DNA of 18,411 nt from Myxococcota bacterium (GCA_036012755.1 DASCPX010000133.1:1-18411); one strand, 5' to 3'. Shown: positions 7,160 through 17,600, numbered from the stretch's first letter. The notes: generated by a model not told the origin, from the sequence alone. Numbers and translations: made by a program.

Positions 7160-8248
7160 TCAGCGCCCACTCGCCCACGCCATGAAGCCCTCGGGGTCAG
7201 CCTGGATCCGCCGAACGAGGGCCTCCGGTAGGCGCCCCGCTCGGAGACCCAGCTTGTCCTCGCTCACGCCGAGCGCTCCGGAGAGTGCAGCCAGCACCTC
7301 GCTCGTGGGCTGCCGAGCTCCCGACTCGATGCGTGACAGCACGCTCGCAGCGATGCCCGCACGGGTGGCCAGGGCGCGCTGGGAGAGGCCCCTCCGTTGT
7401 CGGCGGGCGCAGAGCCACTCGCCGAAGGGCTGTGGTGTGGGCCTGGGCCTCGTCGCTGGCGCGGCGACGTCCTCGTGAGGCCAGGCGATGCGAGCCCAAG
7501 CGCTGTGGTTGTGGATCGACTCGAGGTTCTCCACGCTCACCTCGAGCCAGGACATCCCCGGCAGCTCGCGCAGGGCGCCGACGACGTCGCGGACGAGGTC
7601 CTCGACGAAGCGAGGGTTCTCGTAGGCCCGCTCCGTCACGTGCTTCTCGTCCTCGCGCTTGAGCAACGCGTAGAGCGGTGAGCTCGCATGGGCCTCGACG
7701 ACCTCGACGATGTCCTCGATCCAGATCATGCCCTCGAAGCGCACCTGTACGTCCACCAACCCGCGCTGGTTGTGGGCACCGTGGCGGCTCACGGCCTTGG
7801 AGCAGGGGCAGAGCGTCGTGACGGGTACGGTCACCCCGAGCACGAAGTCGAGTTCGTCTCGGCGCCGGCTGGCGGCGAAGCGGCAGGGGTACTCCATCAG
7901 CGAGCGGGCCCCGCTCACCGGCGCGCGGCGCTCCAGGAAGTAGGGGAAGCTCACGTCGAGGTAGGCGTCGTCGGCCTGCAGCCTGCGCTGCACCTCGGCG
8001 AGGATGTCCGGCACAGTGCCGAGCGACAGCTCCCCCCGGTGGCTCTCGAGCACCTCGAGGAAGCGGCTCATGTGTGTGCCCTTGAACTCTGCAGGCAGAC
8101 CGACGGAGAGCTGGATCTCCGCGACGGTGTGTTGGCGCTGCCTGGCCTTGTCCCAGACCGTGATCGGGTAGCTCAGGCGGTCGATGCCCACCTGGTCGAT
8201 GGGCAGCTGCCGGTGATCGGACTCGCTCGCGATGTCGGGCATACTCAT
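7160..8248 (-). CDS. folE2: GTP cyclohydrolase IB (FolE2) fused to a C-terminal XRE-family HTH domain
   Basis: IDQVGI, KGTHMSRF, VPVTTLCPCSK, GAHNQR, LLKREDEK, AYENPRFVED, ESIHNHSA. Then a Pro-rich linker and FGEWL..RR...GLSQRALA...GI....LSRIESG.R.P. Start ATG 8248 or 8242. Confidence 0.9.
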   Translation of the reverse strand: MSMPDIASESDHRQLPIDQVGIDRLSYPITVWDKARQRQHTVAEIQLSVGLPAEFKGTHMSRFLEVLESHRGELSLGTVPDILAEVQRRLQADDAYLDVSFPYFLERRAPVSGARSLMEYPCRFAASRRRDELDFVLGVTVPVTTLCPCSKAVSRHGAHNQRGLVDVQVRFEGMIWIEDIVEVVEAHASSPLYALLKREDEKHVTERAYENPRFVEDLVRDVVGALRELPGMSWLEVSVENLESIHNHSAWARIAWPHEDVAAPATRPRPTPQPFGEWLCARRQRRGLSQRALATRAGIAASVLSRIESGARQPTSEVLAALSGALGVSEDKLGLRAGRLPEALVRRIQADPEGFMAWASGR

Positions 8249-8268
8249 ACCGGAAGCGCTAACTGGCG

Positions 8269-8286
8269 GTTGCCATGTCTGGCAAC
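8269..8286. promoter_or_regulatory. Inverted repeat GTTGCCA-N4-TGGCAAC, candidate operator
   Basis: Perfect 7-bp arms in the divergent folE2/oleA intergenic region, 20 bp from the folE2 start. Confidence 0.5.
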
Positions 8287-8371
8287 ATCGGTGTGACCTG
8301 ATTTCAGTTGGTATTGAAGTCAATGAAGTTCTGGGGTAGGTAGGAAGCCCCAGAGCAGTTAGACGGTGACA

Positions 8372-9376
8372 ATGCGCTTTGAGAAGGTCTGCATCGAGGC
8401 CCTCAGCTACGAGCTCCCCCCGCAGGTCCTGACCACGGCGGCGCTGGAGTCCGCGCTGGGTCCGCTGTACTCCCGGTTGGGGGTCCAGCCGGGCTGGCTG
8501 GAGGCGGTGACGGGCATCAGGGAGCGCCGCATGTGGGCTCCAGGTGACGACGCGGTCGCGGCGGCGAGCAGGGCATGCGACAAGGCTCTCGAAGAGGCCG
8601 GTGTGCCTCGCTCACAGGTCGACGTCCTGGTGAGCTGCTCGGTCTACAAGGCCCAGCTCGAGCCCAGCGTGGCCTGCAGGGTCCACCACGACCTCGGCCT
8701 GCGCCCGGGCGCGATGAACTTCGACGTCGGCAACGCCTGCCTCGGACTCCTCTCGGGGATGCAGGTCGTGGGCAACATGATCGAGCTCGGGCAGGCGAGG
8801 GCCGGGCTGGTCGTCGCCGGAGAGTGCAGCCGCGAGGTCACCGGCAACACGATCGCGAAGCTGCTCGAGCCCGACGCGGACATACAGCGCTACCGCGAGA
8901 ACCTCGCCACCCTGACCCTCGGGAGCGCCGCCGCCGCCGTGCTCCTCGTCGACCGCTCCCTGTCCGTGAGCGGCCATCGCTTCACGGGCGGCGTCACCCT
9001 CAGCGCCAGCCAGCACGCTGGCCTGTGCTACGGCGACAACCGGGGCATGACCACCGACCCGACGCGCTTGCTGGCCGAGGGCGTGCGCCTCGCGCGACAG
9101 ACCTGGGACAGCTTTCGGCGGGAGCAGGGGGACTCCAGTGCCTTCGCGCTGCACCAGGTCGGAAAGGCCAACCACGACACGGTCTGCCGGGCGCTGGGCA
9201 TCGACGATCGGCGGGCTCTCCGCATCTACCCGGAGATCGGGAACGTCGGCGCCGCCAGCGTCGCCATCGCCGCGGGCATGTCGGTCGAACAAGGCGCCGT
9301 GCGGCCCGGCGAAGGGCTCACCCTCATGGGCATCGGCAGCGGGCTGAACGTCTCGATGCTGCGGGTCGATTGGTGA
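8372..9376 (+). CDS. oleA: OleA, thiolase-fold acyl-CoA head-to-head condensing enzyme
   Basis: MRFEKVCIEALSYELP start, LEPSVA (catalytic Glu), FDVGNACLG (Cys), LTLGS, HQVG, GNVG, LMGIGSGLN. First gene of an oleABCD order. Confidence 0.9.
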   Translation: MRFEKVCIEALSYELPPQVLTTAALESALGPLYSRLGVQPGWLEAVTGIRERRMWAPGDDAVAAASRACDKALEEAGVPRSQVDVLVSCSVYKAQLEPSVACRVHHDLGLRPGAMNFDVGNACLGLLSGMQVVGNMIELGQARAGLVVAGECSREVTGNTIAKLLEPDADIQRYRENLATLTLGSAAAAVLLVDRSLSVSGHRFTGGVTLSASQHAGLCYGDNRGMTTDPTRLLAEGVRLARQTWDSFRREQGDSSAFALHQVGKANHDTVCRALGIDDRRALRIYPEIGNVGAASVAIAAGMSVEQGAVRPGEGLTLMGIGSGLNVSMLRVDW

Positions 9377-10230
9377 TCCCGGGGGAACTCTACCCGTGGA
9401 CCGGTGACTTCCACGACGTGGACGGCGGTCGCATGCACGTGGTCGACGAGGGCCCGAAGGACGCGCCGGTGCTGCTGGCGGTCCATGGAAACCCGACGTG
9501 GTCCTTCTACTGGCGAGCGCTCATCGAGCACTTCGCCGGGCGCTACCGGGTCGTGGCGGTCGACCACATCGGCTGCGGGCTCTCGGACAAGCCCCAGGAC
9601 TGGCCATACCGACTCGAGGGGCACGTCGAGAACCTCGTGAAGGTCGTCGAGGAACTCGATCTGAGCGACATCACCCTGGTCGTGCACGACTGGGGTGGCG
9701 CCATCGGCATGGGCGCCGCCGAGCGCATGCCCCAGCGCTTCGGGCGGATCGTCGTCACCAACTCCGCCGCCTTTCGCAGCCAGGCGATCCCGCCGAGCAT
9801 CGCCTGCTGCCGCATCCCGGGCTTCGGGGCGGTTGCGGTCCGCGGCTTCAACGGCTTCGCTTGGGCCGCGACCTGGCGCACGACCGTGCGGCCCCTGTCC
9901 AAGGAGGTCAAGGCTGGCCTCACCCACCCATACGACAGCTGGGACAACCGCATCGCCACCCTTCGCTTCGTCGAGGACATCCCGATGAAGCCCTCGCACC
10001 CGAGCTACCAGACCCTCGTCGACATCGAAGACGGCCTCGCCGCGCTCGCGGACAAGCCGATGCTGGTCCTCTGGGGAGAGCAGGACTGGTGCTTCACCCC
10101 CGAGTTCCGCCGCCAGTGGGAGGCGCGCTTCCCCCGGGCAGAGGTCCACGCCTGGCAAGACGTCGGCCACTACGTCATGGAGGACGCCCCCGAGCGGGTC
10201 TGCGAGGCCATCGAGGCCTGGACCGCGTGA
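9373..10230 (+). CDS. oleB: OleB, beta-lactone decarboxylase (haloalkane-dehalogenase-like alpha/beta hydrolase)
   Basis: GTGA overlap with oleA stop. HGNPTWSFYWR, DHIGCGLSDKP, VHDWGG, FVEDIP, GHYVMED. Confidence 0.9.
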   Translation: MIPGELYPWTGDFHDVDGGRMHVVDEGPKDAPVLLAVHGNPTWSFYWRALIEHFAGRYRVVAVDHIGCGLSDKPQDWPYRLEGHVENLVKVVEELDLSDITLVVHDWGGAIGMGAAERMPQRFGRIVVTNSAAFRSQAIPPSIACCRIPGFGAVAVRGFNGFAWAATWRTTVRPLSKEVKAGLTHPYDSWDNRIATLRFVEDIPMKPSHPSYQTLVDIEDGLAALADKPMLVLWGEQDWCFTPEFRRQWEARFPRAEVHAWQDVGHYVMEDAPERVCEAIEAWTA

Positions 10231-11825
10231 ACTTCGCGGCCCGCCTGGACCGGCTCGCGGCAGAGCGTCCCCGGCAGCGTGCCCTCGTGCGGCCAGCTGG
10301 GCGGGACCCTCGCGATGGTCGGAGGCTCTGGGCGCAGCTCACTTTTTCGCAGCTGCACGAGATGACCAACAGCACGGCGCGCGGCTTCGCGAGCGCCGGG
10401 ATCGGGCAGGGCGATCGCGTCATCCTGCTCGTGGAGCCGAGCTTCGAGTTCTTCAGCATCATCTTCGCCCTCTGGAAGCTGGGCGCGGTGCCTGTCCTCA
10501 TCGATCCGGGCATGGGGCTCTCCGGCTTCCTGGCATGCGTGCGCCAGATCCGGCCGAGGGTGTGCATCGGCGTACCGCGCGCGATGCTCCTGTCCAAGCT
10601 CAAGGCCACGGACTTCGAGAGCGTCGAGCTGCGCGTCACCGTCGGGCCCAGCACCTGGTTCTGGGGTGGCGAGACCCTGCCGCTGTTGATGGACCCCGGG
10701 CCACTGCAGACCCTGGATGTGCCGGGTGATGCCGTCGCGGGAGTGCTCTTCACCAGCGGCTCCACCGGTCCGGCGAAGGGCGTCCGATACAGCCACGGCA
10801 TGTTCGAGGCCCAGGCTACGCGCATCGCGGCGCTCTATGGCATCGAAGCGGGCCAGGTCGACGTGCCCTGCTTCCTCCCCTTCGCGATGTTCAGCTGCGT
10901 GATGGGCATGACCGTCGTGCTGCCGGACATGGACTTCAGCAAGCCCGCGACGGCCAGGCCAGAGGCCCTCGCAGAGGCCATCATCGAGCACGGCGCCCAT
11001 CAGCTGGTGGGCTCTCCCGCGGTCATGAGGCGGCTCGCTCGGTGGGCTCCGGACAAGGGCGTGCGCTTTCCCAGCCTCGAGCGCGTGCTCACCTTTGGCG
11101 CGCCGATCCCCCGCGACCTGCACGAGACCTTCCGCGAGCTGCTCGCTGAGGGCGTGGACATCCACACCCCCTACGGCGCCACCGAGGCGCTGCCCGTGGC
11201 GAGCACCTCGACGACCGCGATCCTGGCCGAGCTGGGCGCCCGCACGGCGAGCGGGGAGGGGACCTGTGTCGGCGGCGTCGCTCCGGACACGAACGTAAGG
11301 GTCATCCGCATCACCGACGAGCCGATCCCGACCTGGTCCGAGGAGCTCGTGCTCCCCCCTGGAGAGGTCGGCGAGATCTGCGTGAAGGGGCCCCAGGTCT
11401 CCTCCGAGTACGTCGGGCGGCCAGAGGCCACCAGCGCCGCGAAGATCCAGGACGGCGAGGGCTTCTGGCACCGCATGGGGGACCTCGGCTTTGTCGACGC
11501 ACAGGGCCGTCTCTGGTTCTGCGGGCGCAAGGCACACCGGGTCAGGTGCAGCGACGGCGAGCTGGTCTTCCCCGTTCCACTGGAGGGTGTCTTCAACGAG
11601 GTCGACGGCGTCCTTCGCAGCGCGGTGGTGGAGGTGAGCGGGGCTCCGGTCCTGGTCGTCGAGGGCAAGGCCGACGAGGGGGAGCTCCTGCGGGTGGCCA
11701 AGGCCAACCCGGTGACTCGCCGCGTCGAGCGCGTCCTGTTCCACCCGGGCTTCCCGGTCGACCGGAGGCACAACGCCAAGATCCACCGGCTCCAGCTCCG
11801 GGACTGGGCCAGAGACCGCACGTGA
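10227..11825 (+). CDS. oleC: OleC, AMP-forming beta-lactone synthetase
   Basis: GTGA overlap. LIDPGMG, FTSGSTGPAKG, TPYGATEALP, WHRMGDLG, WFCGRKAHRV, FPVDRRHNAKI. Confidence 0.9.
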   Translation: MNFAARLDRLAAERPRQRALVRPAGRDPRDGRRLWAQLTFSQLHEMTNSTARGFASAGIGQGDRVILLVEPSFEFFSIIFALWKLGAVPVLIDPGMGLSGFLACVRQIRPRVCIGVPRAMLLSKLKATDFESVELRVTVGPSTWFWGGETLPLLMDPGPLQTLDVPGDAVAGVLFTSGSTGPAKGVRYSHGMFEAQATRIAALYGIEAGQVDVPCFLPFAMFSCVMGMTVVLPDMDFSKPATARPEALAEAIIEHGAHQLVGSPAVMRRLARWAPDKGVRFPSLERVLTFGAPIPRDLHETFRELLAEGVDIHTPYGATEALPVASTSTTAILAELGARTASGEGTCVGGVAPDTNVRVIRITDEPIPTWSEELVLPPGEVGEICVKGPQVSSEYVGRPEATSAAKIQDGEGFWHRMGDLGFVDAQGRLWFCGRKAHRVRCSDGELVFPVPLEGVFNEVDGVLRSAVVEVSGAPVLVVEGKADEGELLRVAKANPVTRRVERVLFHPGFPVDRRHNAKIHRLQLRDWARDRT

Positions 11826-12826
11826 AGGCCCTCGTCACCGGCGGCGGTGGCTTCCTCGGCAGCGCCATCGTGCGCCTGCTGCGAGCGCGCGACGACGAGG
11901 TGGTCGTCCTCGGCCGCAACCACTACCCACACGTCGAGGAGCTCGGCGCCACCTGCGTGATCTGCGACATCGCAGAGGGCGGGGCGGCCCTCGATACGGC
12001 CCTCGTCGGTGTGGACGTCGTCTTCCACGTCGCGGCCCTCGCCGGCATGTGGGGCCCCTATGAGCGCTACCGGCGCGTCAACGTGCAAGGCACGCAGACC
12101 GTGCTCGAGGCGGCCAGGCGAGCCGGGGTCCGGCGCTTCGTCCACACCTCCAGCCCCAGCGTGACCTTCGACGGTCGGAGCGAGGAGGGGGTGCGCGAAG
12201 AGGACTGCAGCTACCCCGAGACCTTCCTCTTCCACTACCCGGCGACCAAGGCAGAGGCAGAGGCCTGGGTGCTCGCCCAGGACTCCGACGTGTTGGCCAC
12301 AACCGCCCTGCGCCCTCATCTCATCTACGGCCCCGGGGATCCCCACCTCGTGCCGCGGCTCCTCGCCAGGCAGCGAGCAGGACGGCTCAGGGTCCTCGGA
12401 TCGGGGACCAACAAGGTCGCCCTGACCTACGTCGACAACGCCGCCGTCGCCCACCTGCAGGCAGCCGACGCGCTCGCCGTCGGCTCCCCGAACGCCGGTC
12501 GGGCCTACTTCATCACCGACGGTGACCCGGTGGTGGTGTGGGAGTGGCTCGACGAGCTCTTCGAGGCCGTCGGCGCGGGCCGGATCCGGGGGCGGGTCCC
12601 CACCGGGGTCGCCATGCCCCTCGCGGGACTCGTCGAGTGGGTCTGGCGGACCTTCGGCGTGGCCTCCGAGCCCCCGATCACGCGCTTCACGGTGGCCCAG
12701 ACCAGCACATCCCACTGGTACGACCTGCACAACGCGCGAGCGGACTTCTCCTACACCCCCATCGTGGACCCCGAGACCGCTTTTTCCCGCACGGTTGCGG
12801 CCTTTTTGGGGCCTCCCGCCCGCTGA
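11822..12826 (+). CDS. oleD: OleD, 2-alkyl-3-oxoalkanoate reductase (3-beta-HSD-like extended SDR)
   Basis: GTGA overlap. VTGGGGFLG, HTSSPSV, YPATKAEAE (YxxxK), LRPHLIYGPGD, YVDNAA.AH. Confidence 0.9.
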   Translation: MKALVTGGGGFLGSAIVRLLRARDDEVVVLGRNHYPHVEELGATCVICDIAEGGAALDTALVGVDVVFHVAALAGMWGPYERYRRVNVQGTQTVLEAARRAGVRRFVHTSSPSVTFDGRSEEGVREEDCSYPETFLFHYPATKAEAEAWVLAQDSDVLATTALRPHLIYGPGDPHLVPRLLARQRAGRLRVLGSGTNKVALTYVDNAAVAHLQAADALAVGSPNAGRAYFITDGDPVVVWEWLDELFEAVGAGRIRGRVPTGVAMPLAGLVEWVWRTFGVASEPPITRFTVAQTSTSHWYDLHNARADFSYTPIVDPETAFSRTVAAFLGPPAR

Positions 12827-12922
12827 CCCACGGGTCAAAAAACAAACCCACAGGTTTTTTTGGATGCCAAGGGCGTGCAATCCGGATGATCTGCGGAATT
12901 GTGTCCAACTCGTCAACGCAAC

Positions 12923-12938
12923 CCCCTGAATTCAGGGG
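12923..12938. promoter_or_regulatory. Perfect 16-bp palindrome CCCCTGAATTCAGGGG upstream of pfaD
   Basis: Read directly, 45 bp upstream of the TTG start. Confidence 0.45.
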
Positions 12939-12983
12939 TAGAAGGCCCGGTCACCGGAGTCATGACCCGGTGCGGGAGATCGC

Positions 12984-14600
12984 TTGATCGAGAATCACCT
13001 CGTCGGAGCCTGGACGCAGGGTCCGACGCCCCCCAACTTCGATGGTCCTGACGTCCTCGCGGCCGTCCAGCGCATCCGTGAACCGGTCCACATCGTGCAG
13101 GAGCCCGAGGGCCGGGTCGGTGTCGCCTTCCAGGGCGGCGTCATCTCGACCGAGATGGTCAACGGGAGACCCTCCTTCCCGCTCCTGGCCACGCTCCCCC
13201 CCCTGTACCCGGAGTGGCTCGGCGACCGCAGCTTCTGCGAGGTCCACGGGACGCGCTACCCCTACCTCCAGGGCGCGATGGCCAACGGCATCGCCACGAC
13301 CCGCATGGTCATCGCCATGTGCCAGGCGGGCTTCCTCGGCTTCTTCGGCGCCGGGGGGCTCGGGCTCTCGCGCATCGAGGCCGCTGTCGACGAGCTCATC
13401 TCGTCGGTGGGCGACAGGCCGAACTGGGGCTGCAACCTGATCCACGCCCCCCAGGAGCCGGACCTGGAGCAGGCCACGGTCGAGCTCTACCTGGCACGCG
13501 GCGTGCGCCGGATCTCGGCTGCGGCCTTCATGAAGCTCACGCCGATGGTGGTGCAGTACTCCGCCAGTGGGCTCCGGGAGCTGCCTGACGGGCGCGTGGT
13601 CAGGAAGAACCACGTCTTCGCGAAGATCAGCCGCCCAGAGGTCGCCGCCCACTTCATCAACCCCGCCCCGGACGAGATGCTCGATGCCCTCGTCGCTTGC
13701 GGGCGCCTGAGCCCGGAGGAGGGTCGCCTGGCCCGCCGGGTCGCCGTCGCCGAGGACATCATCGTCGAGTCCGACAGCGGCGGTCACACGGACAACCGGC
13801 CCCTCGGCGCGCTCTTCCCCGTCATCGTCACCTTGCGGGACGAGCTCGTGCGCCGGCACGGCTACAGCCGGCCCATCCGGGTCGGCGCTGCTGGAGGCAT
13901 CGGCACCCCCGCCGCCGCCGCTGCTGCCTTTTCGCTCGGCGCGGCCTTCGTGCTCACCGGCTCCGTGAACCAGGGCGCGGTCGAGTCGGGGCTCTCCGAG
14001 GAGGGCCGGGTGATGCTCGCCAGCGCCGGCCTCGCCGACGTGACCATGGCACCCGCCGCCGACATGTTCGAGCTCGGGGTCGAGGTCCAGGTCCTTGGCC
14101 GCGGCACGATGTTCGCGATGCGCGCCAAGCGCCTCTACGAGACCTACGAGCGCTACGCCGGCCTCGAGGACATCCCCGCAGATGTCCGCGCCAGGCTCGA
14201 GAAGCAGGTCCTCGGCCTCTCACTCGAGACCGTCTGGTCCAACACCCAGTCCTTCTGGACCGAGCGCGACCCGCGTGAGCTGGAGCGCGCCGAGGCCGAC
14301 CCCAAGCACAAGATGGCCCTCTGCTTCCGCTGGTATCTCGGGCTGTCCAGCCGCTGGGCCATCACCGGCGATGCGTCGCGTCGCCTCGACTACCAGATCT
14401 GGTGCGGCCCCGCGATGGGCGCCTTCAACAGCTGGGTCCGCGGGAGCGTCCTCGAGCCCGTCGAGAACCGCCGCGTCGTCCAGATCGCCCTGAATCTCGT
14501 GGAGGGCGCCGCGCACATCACGCGCGCGCAGCAGCTCCGCACCTACGGCGTGGCCGTCCCCGCCGCTGCCTTCGACTTCCGTCCCCGGAACCTGTCATGA
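12984..14600 (+). CDS. pfaD: PfaD/Pfa1, FMN-dependent enoyl reductase of PUFA synthase
   Basis: GAMANGI, NLIHAP, AKISRPEVA, ESDSGGHTDNRP, GAAGGIGTP, MAPAADMFELG, DYQIWCGPAMGAFN. GGGAG before TTG. Confidence 0.92.
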   Translation: MIENHLVGAWTQGPTPPNFDGPDVLAAVQRIREPVHIVQEPEGRVGVAFQGGVISTEMVNGRPSFPLLATLPPLYPEWLGDRSFCEVHGTRYPYLQGAMANGIATTRMVIAMCQAGFLGFFGAGGLGLSRIEAAVDELISSVGDRPNWGCNLIHAPQEPDLEQATVELYLARGVRRISAAAFMKLTPMVVQYSASGLRELPDGRVVRKNHVFAKISRPEVAAHFINPAPDEMLDALVACGRLSPEEGRLARRVAVAEDIIVESDSGGHTDNRPLGALFPVIVTLRDELVRRHGYSRPIRVGAAGGIGTPAAAAAAFSLGAAFVLTGSVNQGAVESGLSEEGRVMLASAGLADVTMAPAADMFELGVEVQVLGRGTMFAMRAKRLYETYERYAGLEDIPADVRARLEKQVLGLSLETVWSNTQSFWTERDPRELERAEADPKHKMALCFRWYLGLSSRWAITGDASRRLDYQIWCGPAMGAFNSWVRGSVLEPVENRRVVQIALNLVEGAAHITRAQQLRTYGVAVPAAAFDFRPRNLS

Positions 14601-17600
14601 CCACTCGCTCACCCATCGCCGTCGTCGGCGTCTCCGCCATCTTCCCAGGCTCCGTCGACGCCACCGGCTTCTGGAAGGACATCCTCGCGGGCACCGACCT
14701 GATCCGCGACGTGCCGCGCAGCCACTGGCTCATCGACGACTACTACGACCCGGATCCGGCCGCCCCCGACAAGACCTACGCCAAGCGCGGTGCCTTCCTC
14801 GAGGACATCCCCTTCGACCCGCTCGAGTGGGGCGTCCCGCCCAGCATCGTGCCGGCCACCGACACCTCCCAGCTCCTCGCGCTCATCACGGCGAAGCGGG
14901 TGCTCGAGGACGCGGCGGGTGGCCAGTTCGCCGAGATGGACAAGAGCAGGATCAGCGTCATCCTCGGCGTCACCAGCGCCCAGGAGCTGCTGGGATCCAT
15001 GAACAGCCGCCTCCAGAAGCCGGTCTGGCGCAAGGTCCTGCGCGACGCTGGCCTGCCCGAGAGCAAGGTCGTCGAGCTGCTCGGCCGCATCGAGGGCGAG
15101 TACACCCCCTGGCAGGAGGCCAGCTTCCCGGGGCTCCTCGGCAACGTCGTCGCCGGACGCATCGCCAACCGCCTCGACCTCGGCGGAACCAACTGTGTCT
15201 GCGACGCTGCCTGTGCCTCGGCCTTCAGCGCGGTGTCGATGGCTGCAAACGAGCTCTGGCTCGGACAGTCCGATGTCGTCATCACCGGCGGCGTCGACAC
15301 CATGAACGACATCTTCATGTTCATGTGCTTCAGCAAGACGCCAGCCCTGTCCCCCTCCGGGGACGTGAAGCCCTTCTCCGACGAGGCCGACGGCACCATG
15401 CTCGGCGAGGGGATGGGGATGGTCGCCTTGAAGCGTCTCGAGGACGCCGAGCGTGACGGTGACCGCATCTACGCCGTGATCACGGGTGTCGGCTCCAGCA
15501 GCGACGGGCGCGCCAAGAGCGTCTACGCCCCCCGTCCCAGCGGGCAGGCCTCTGCGCTGGAGCGCGCCTACGACGCCGCCGGCTACGGCGCCGACACGGT
15601 GGAGCTGGTCGAGGCCCACGGGACCGGCACGAAGGCCGGCGACGCCGCCGAGTTCGAGGGGCTCACCATGGCCTTCGACCACAGCGGCCGACAGGACCGC
15701 CGCTGGTGTGCGCTGGGAAGCGTGAAGTCCCAGATCGGCCACACCAAGGCCGCCGCGGGCAGCGCTGGCCTCTTCAAGTCGGTCATGGCGCTGCACCACA
15801 AGGTCATCCCCCCGACCATCAAGATCGACCGTCCGAACCCCAATATGGACCTCCAGGGCTCGCCCTTCTACCTGTCCACGCGTGCCCGTCCCTGGGTCCG
15901 CGGCCCAGAGCACCCCAGGCGTGCCGGCGTGTCGAGCTTCGGCTTCGGCGGGAGCAACTTCCACCTCGCCCTCCAGGAGTACACCGGGGACCACAAGGCC
16001 AGCTTCCGTCGCTGGGGCGGGCCCGAGATCGTCGTCTTCGGAGCGGACTCCTCGGAGGCTCTGCTCGCGCAGCTGCGCAGCCTCGATCTCTCAGGCGATG
16101 GCTGGCTCGAGTGGCTCGCTCGTGACTCGCAGCAGAGCTACTCCGGTGGCCAGGCCCGCCTCGCCATCGTGGCATCCGACGTCGAGGACTTCCGCACCAA
16201 GCTCGAGCTCGCGCTGAGCCACCTGCAGGACAAGCCCGGCAAGCCGCTGGCCTCTCCCAAGGGCATCCACTACGGCTTCGGCGAGGCTGGCAAGACCGCC
16301 TTCGTCTTCCCCGGTCAGGGCAGCCAGTACGTCGACATGGGAGCCCAGGTCGCGATGACCTGGCCCGAGGCAGTGGGTGCCTGGGACGCCGCAGAGGGCG
16401 CCGTCGCCGGACTCGCGGACATCGTCTTCCCCCGCCCGGACTTCTCCGCCACCGCTGAGGACTGGCAGACCAGGCTGACCGCCACCGAGTGGGCCCAGCC
16501 CGCCATCGGCGCCTGCTCGCTCTCGCTCTTGAGGGTGCTCTCTCGCCTGGGTGTCAGCGCCGACTGCGTCGGTGGACACAGCTATGGAGAGGTCACCGCG
16601 CTCCACGCAGCGGGCGTGCTCAGCGCAGAGGACATGCTCCGGGTCGCCCGCCGTCGAGGCGAGCTCATGGCCCAGGCGGCGAAGACCCCGGGCTCGATGA
16701 CCGCCGTCGTCGCGGACATCGAGAGTGTTCGGCCAGTGGTCGAAGACAGCGGCCTCGACGTCGTGGTCGCGAACCACAACAGCCCGCGGCAGGTCGTGCT
16801 CAGCGGCCCGACCAAGGCCATCGATGGAATCGAGCAGGCCCTCGACGCTGCGGGGCTTCCCTTCCGGCGCCTCGGTGTCGCCACCGCTTTCCACTCCAGC
16901 GTCGTCTCCGACAGCGTCGGCCCCTTCGCCGAGGCCCTCGCAGAGGTCGACTTCGCCACGCCGACGCTGCCGGTCTACGCCAACAGCGAGGCGGCTCCGT
17001 ACCCCAGCGAGCCAGCGGCGATCCGCGAGCTGCTCGCTGGCCAGATCGCCCGGAGCGTGCGCTTCGTCGACCAGGTCGAGGCCATGTACGCCGCCGGCGT
17101 GCGCGTCTTCGTCGAGGTCGGCCCACACGCGGTGCTGACGGGTCTCGTCGCGCGCATCCTGAAGGGGCGTCCGCACGCGGCCGTGCCCCTGGACAAGAAG
17201 GGCAAGGACGGCCTGGTTCAGCTGCAGGACGGCCTCGGCCGCCTCGTCGCCGCTGGCGTCGAAGTGCAGCTCTCGAAGCTCTGGGAGGGCTGGGCCGAGG
17301 CCGTCGACCCCCGCAGCCTCCCGGCTCCCAAGATGCTCATGCACATCAACGGGGCCAACTACGGCAAGCCCTATCCGCCGCCAGAGGGCCAGATGCCTGG
17401 TCCCAACCCGGAACTCGAGCCCGAGGTCATCGTGAAGGAAGTCATCAAGGAGGTCCGCGTCGAGGTCCCTGTGGAGGTTCCGGTGCAGGCTCCGGTGCAG
17501 GCTCCCGGGCGCGCCGCAGCCCGTCCGGCAGCGGACGGTTGGGTCCAGGCCTTCCAGGAGAGCCAGCGTCAGACCGTCGAGGCCCACTCGGCCTTCCAGG

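Noticed and set aside
1787..12826. Extended N-termini in the ORF track (1787, 5802, 8323, 8575, 9498, 11546)
   Set aside because: They overlap neighbouring genes or intergenic control DNA. Stop-start overlaps, RBS positions and family N-termini give starts at 1949, 6075, 8248, 9373, 10227 and 11822.
12827..12983. Known riboswitch or ncRNA in the oleD-pfaD spacer
   Set aside because: I could not match any conserved riboswitch motif by eye; an Rfam/Infernal scan would be needed.
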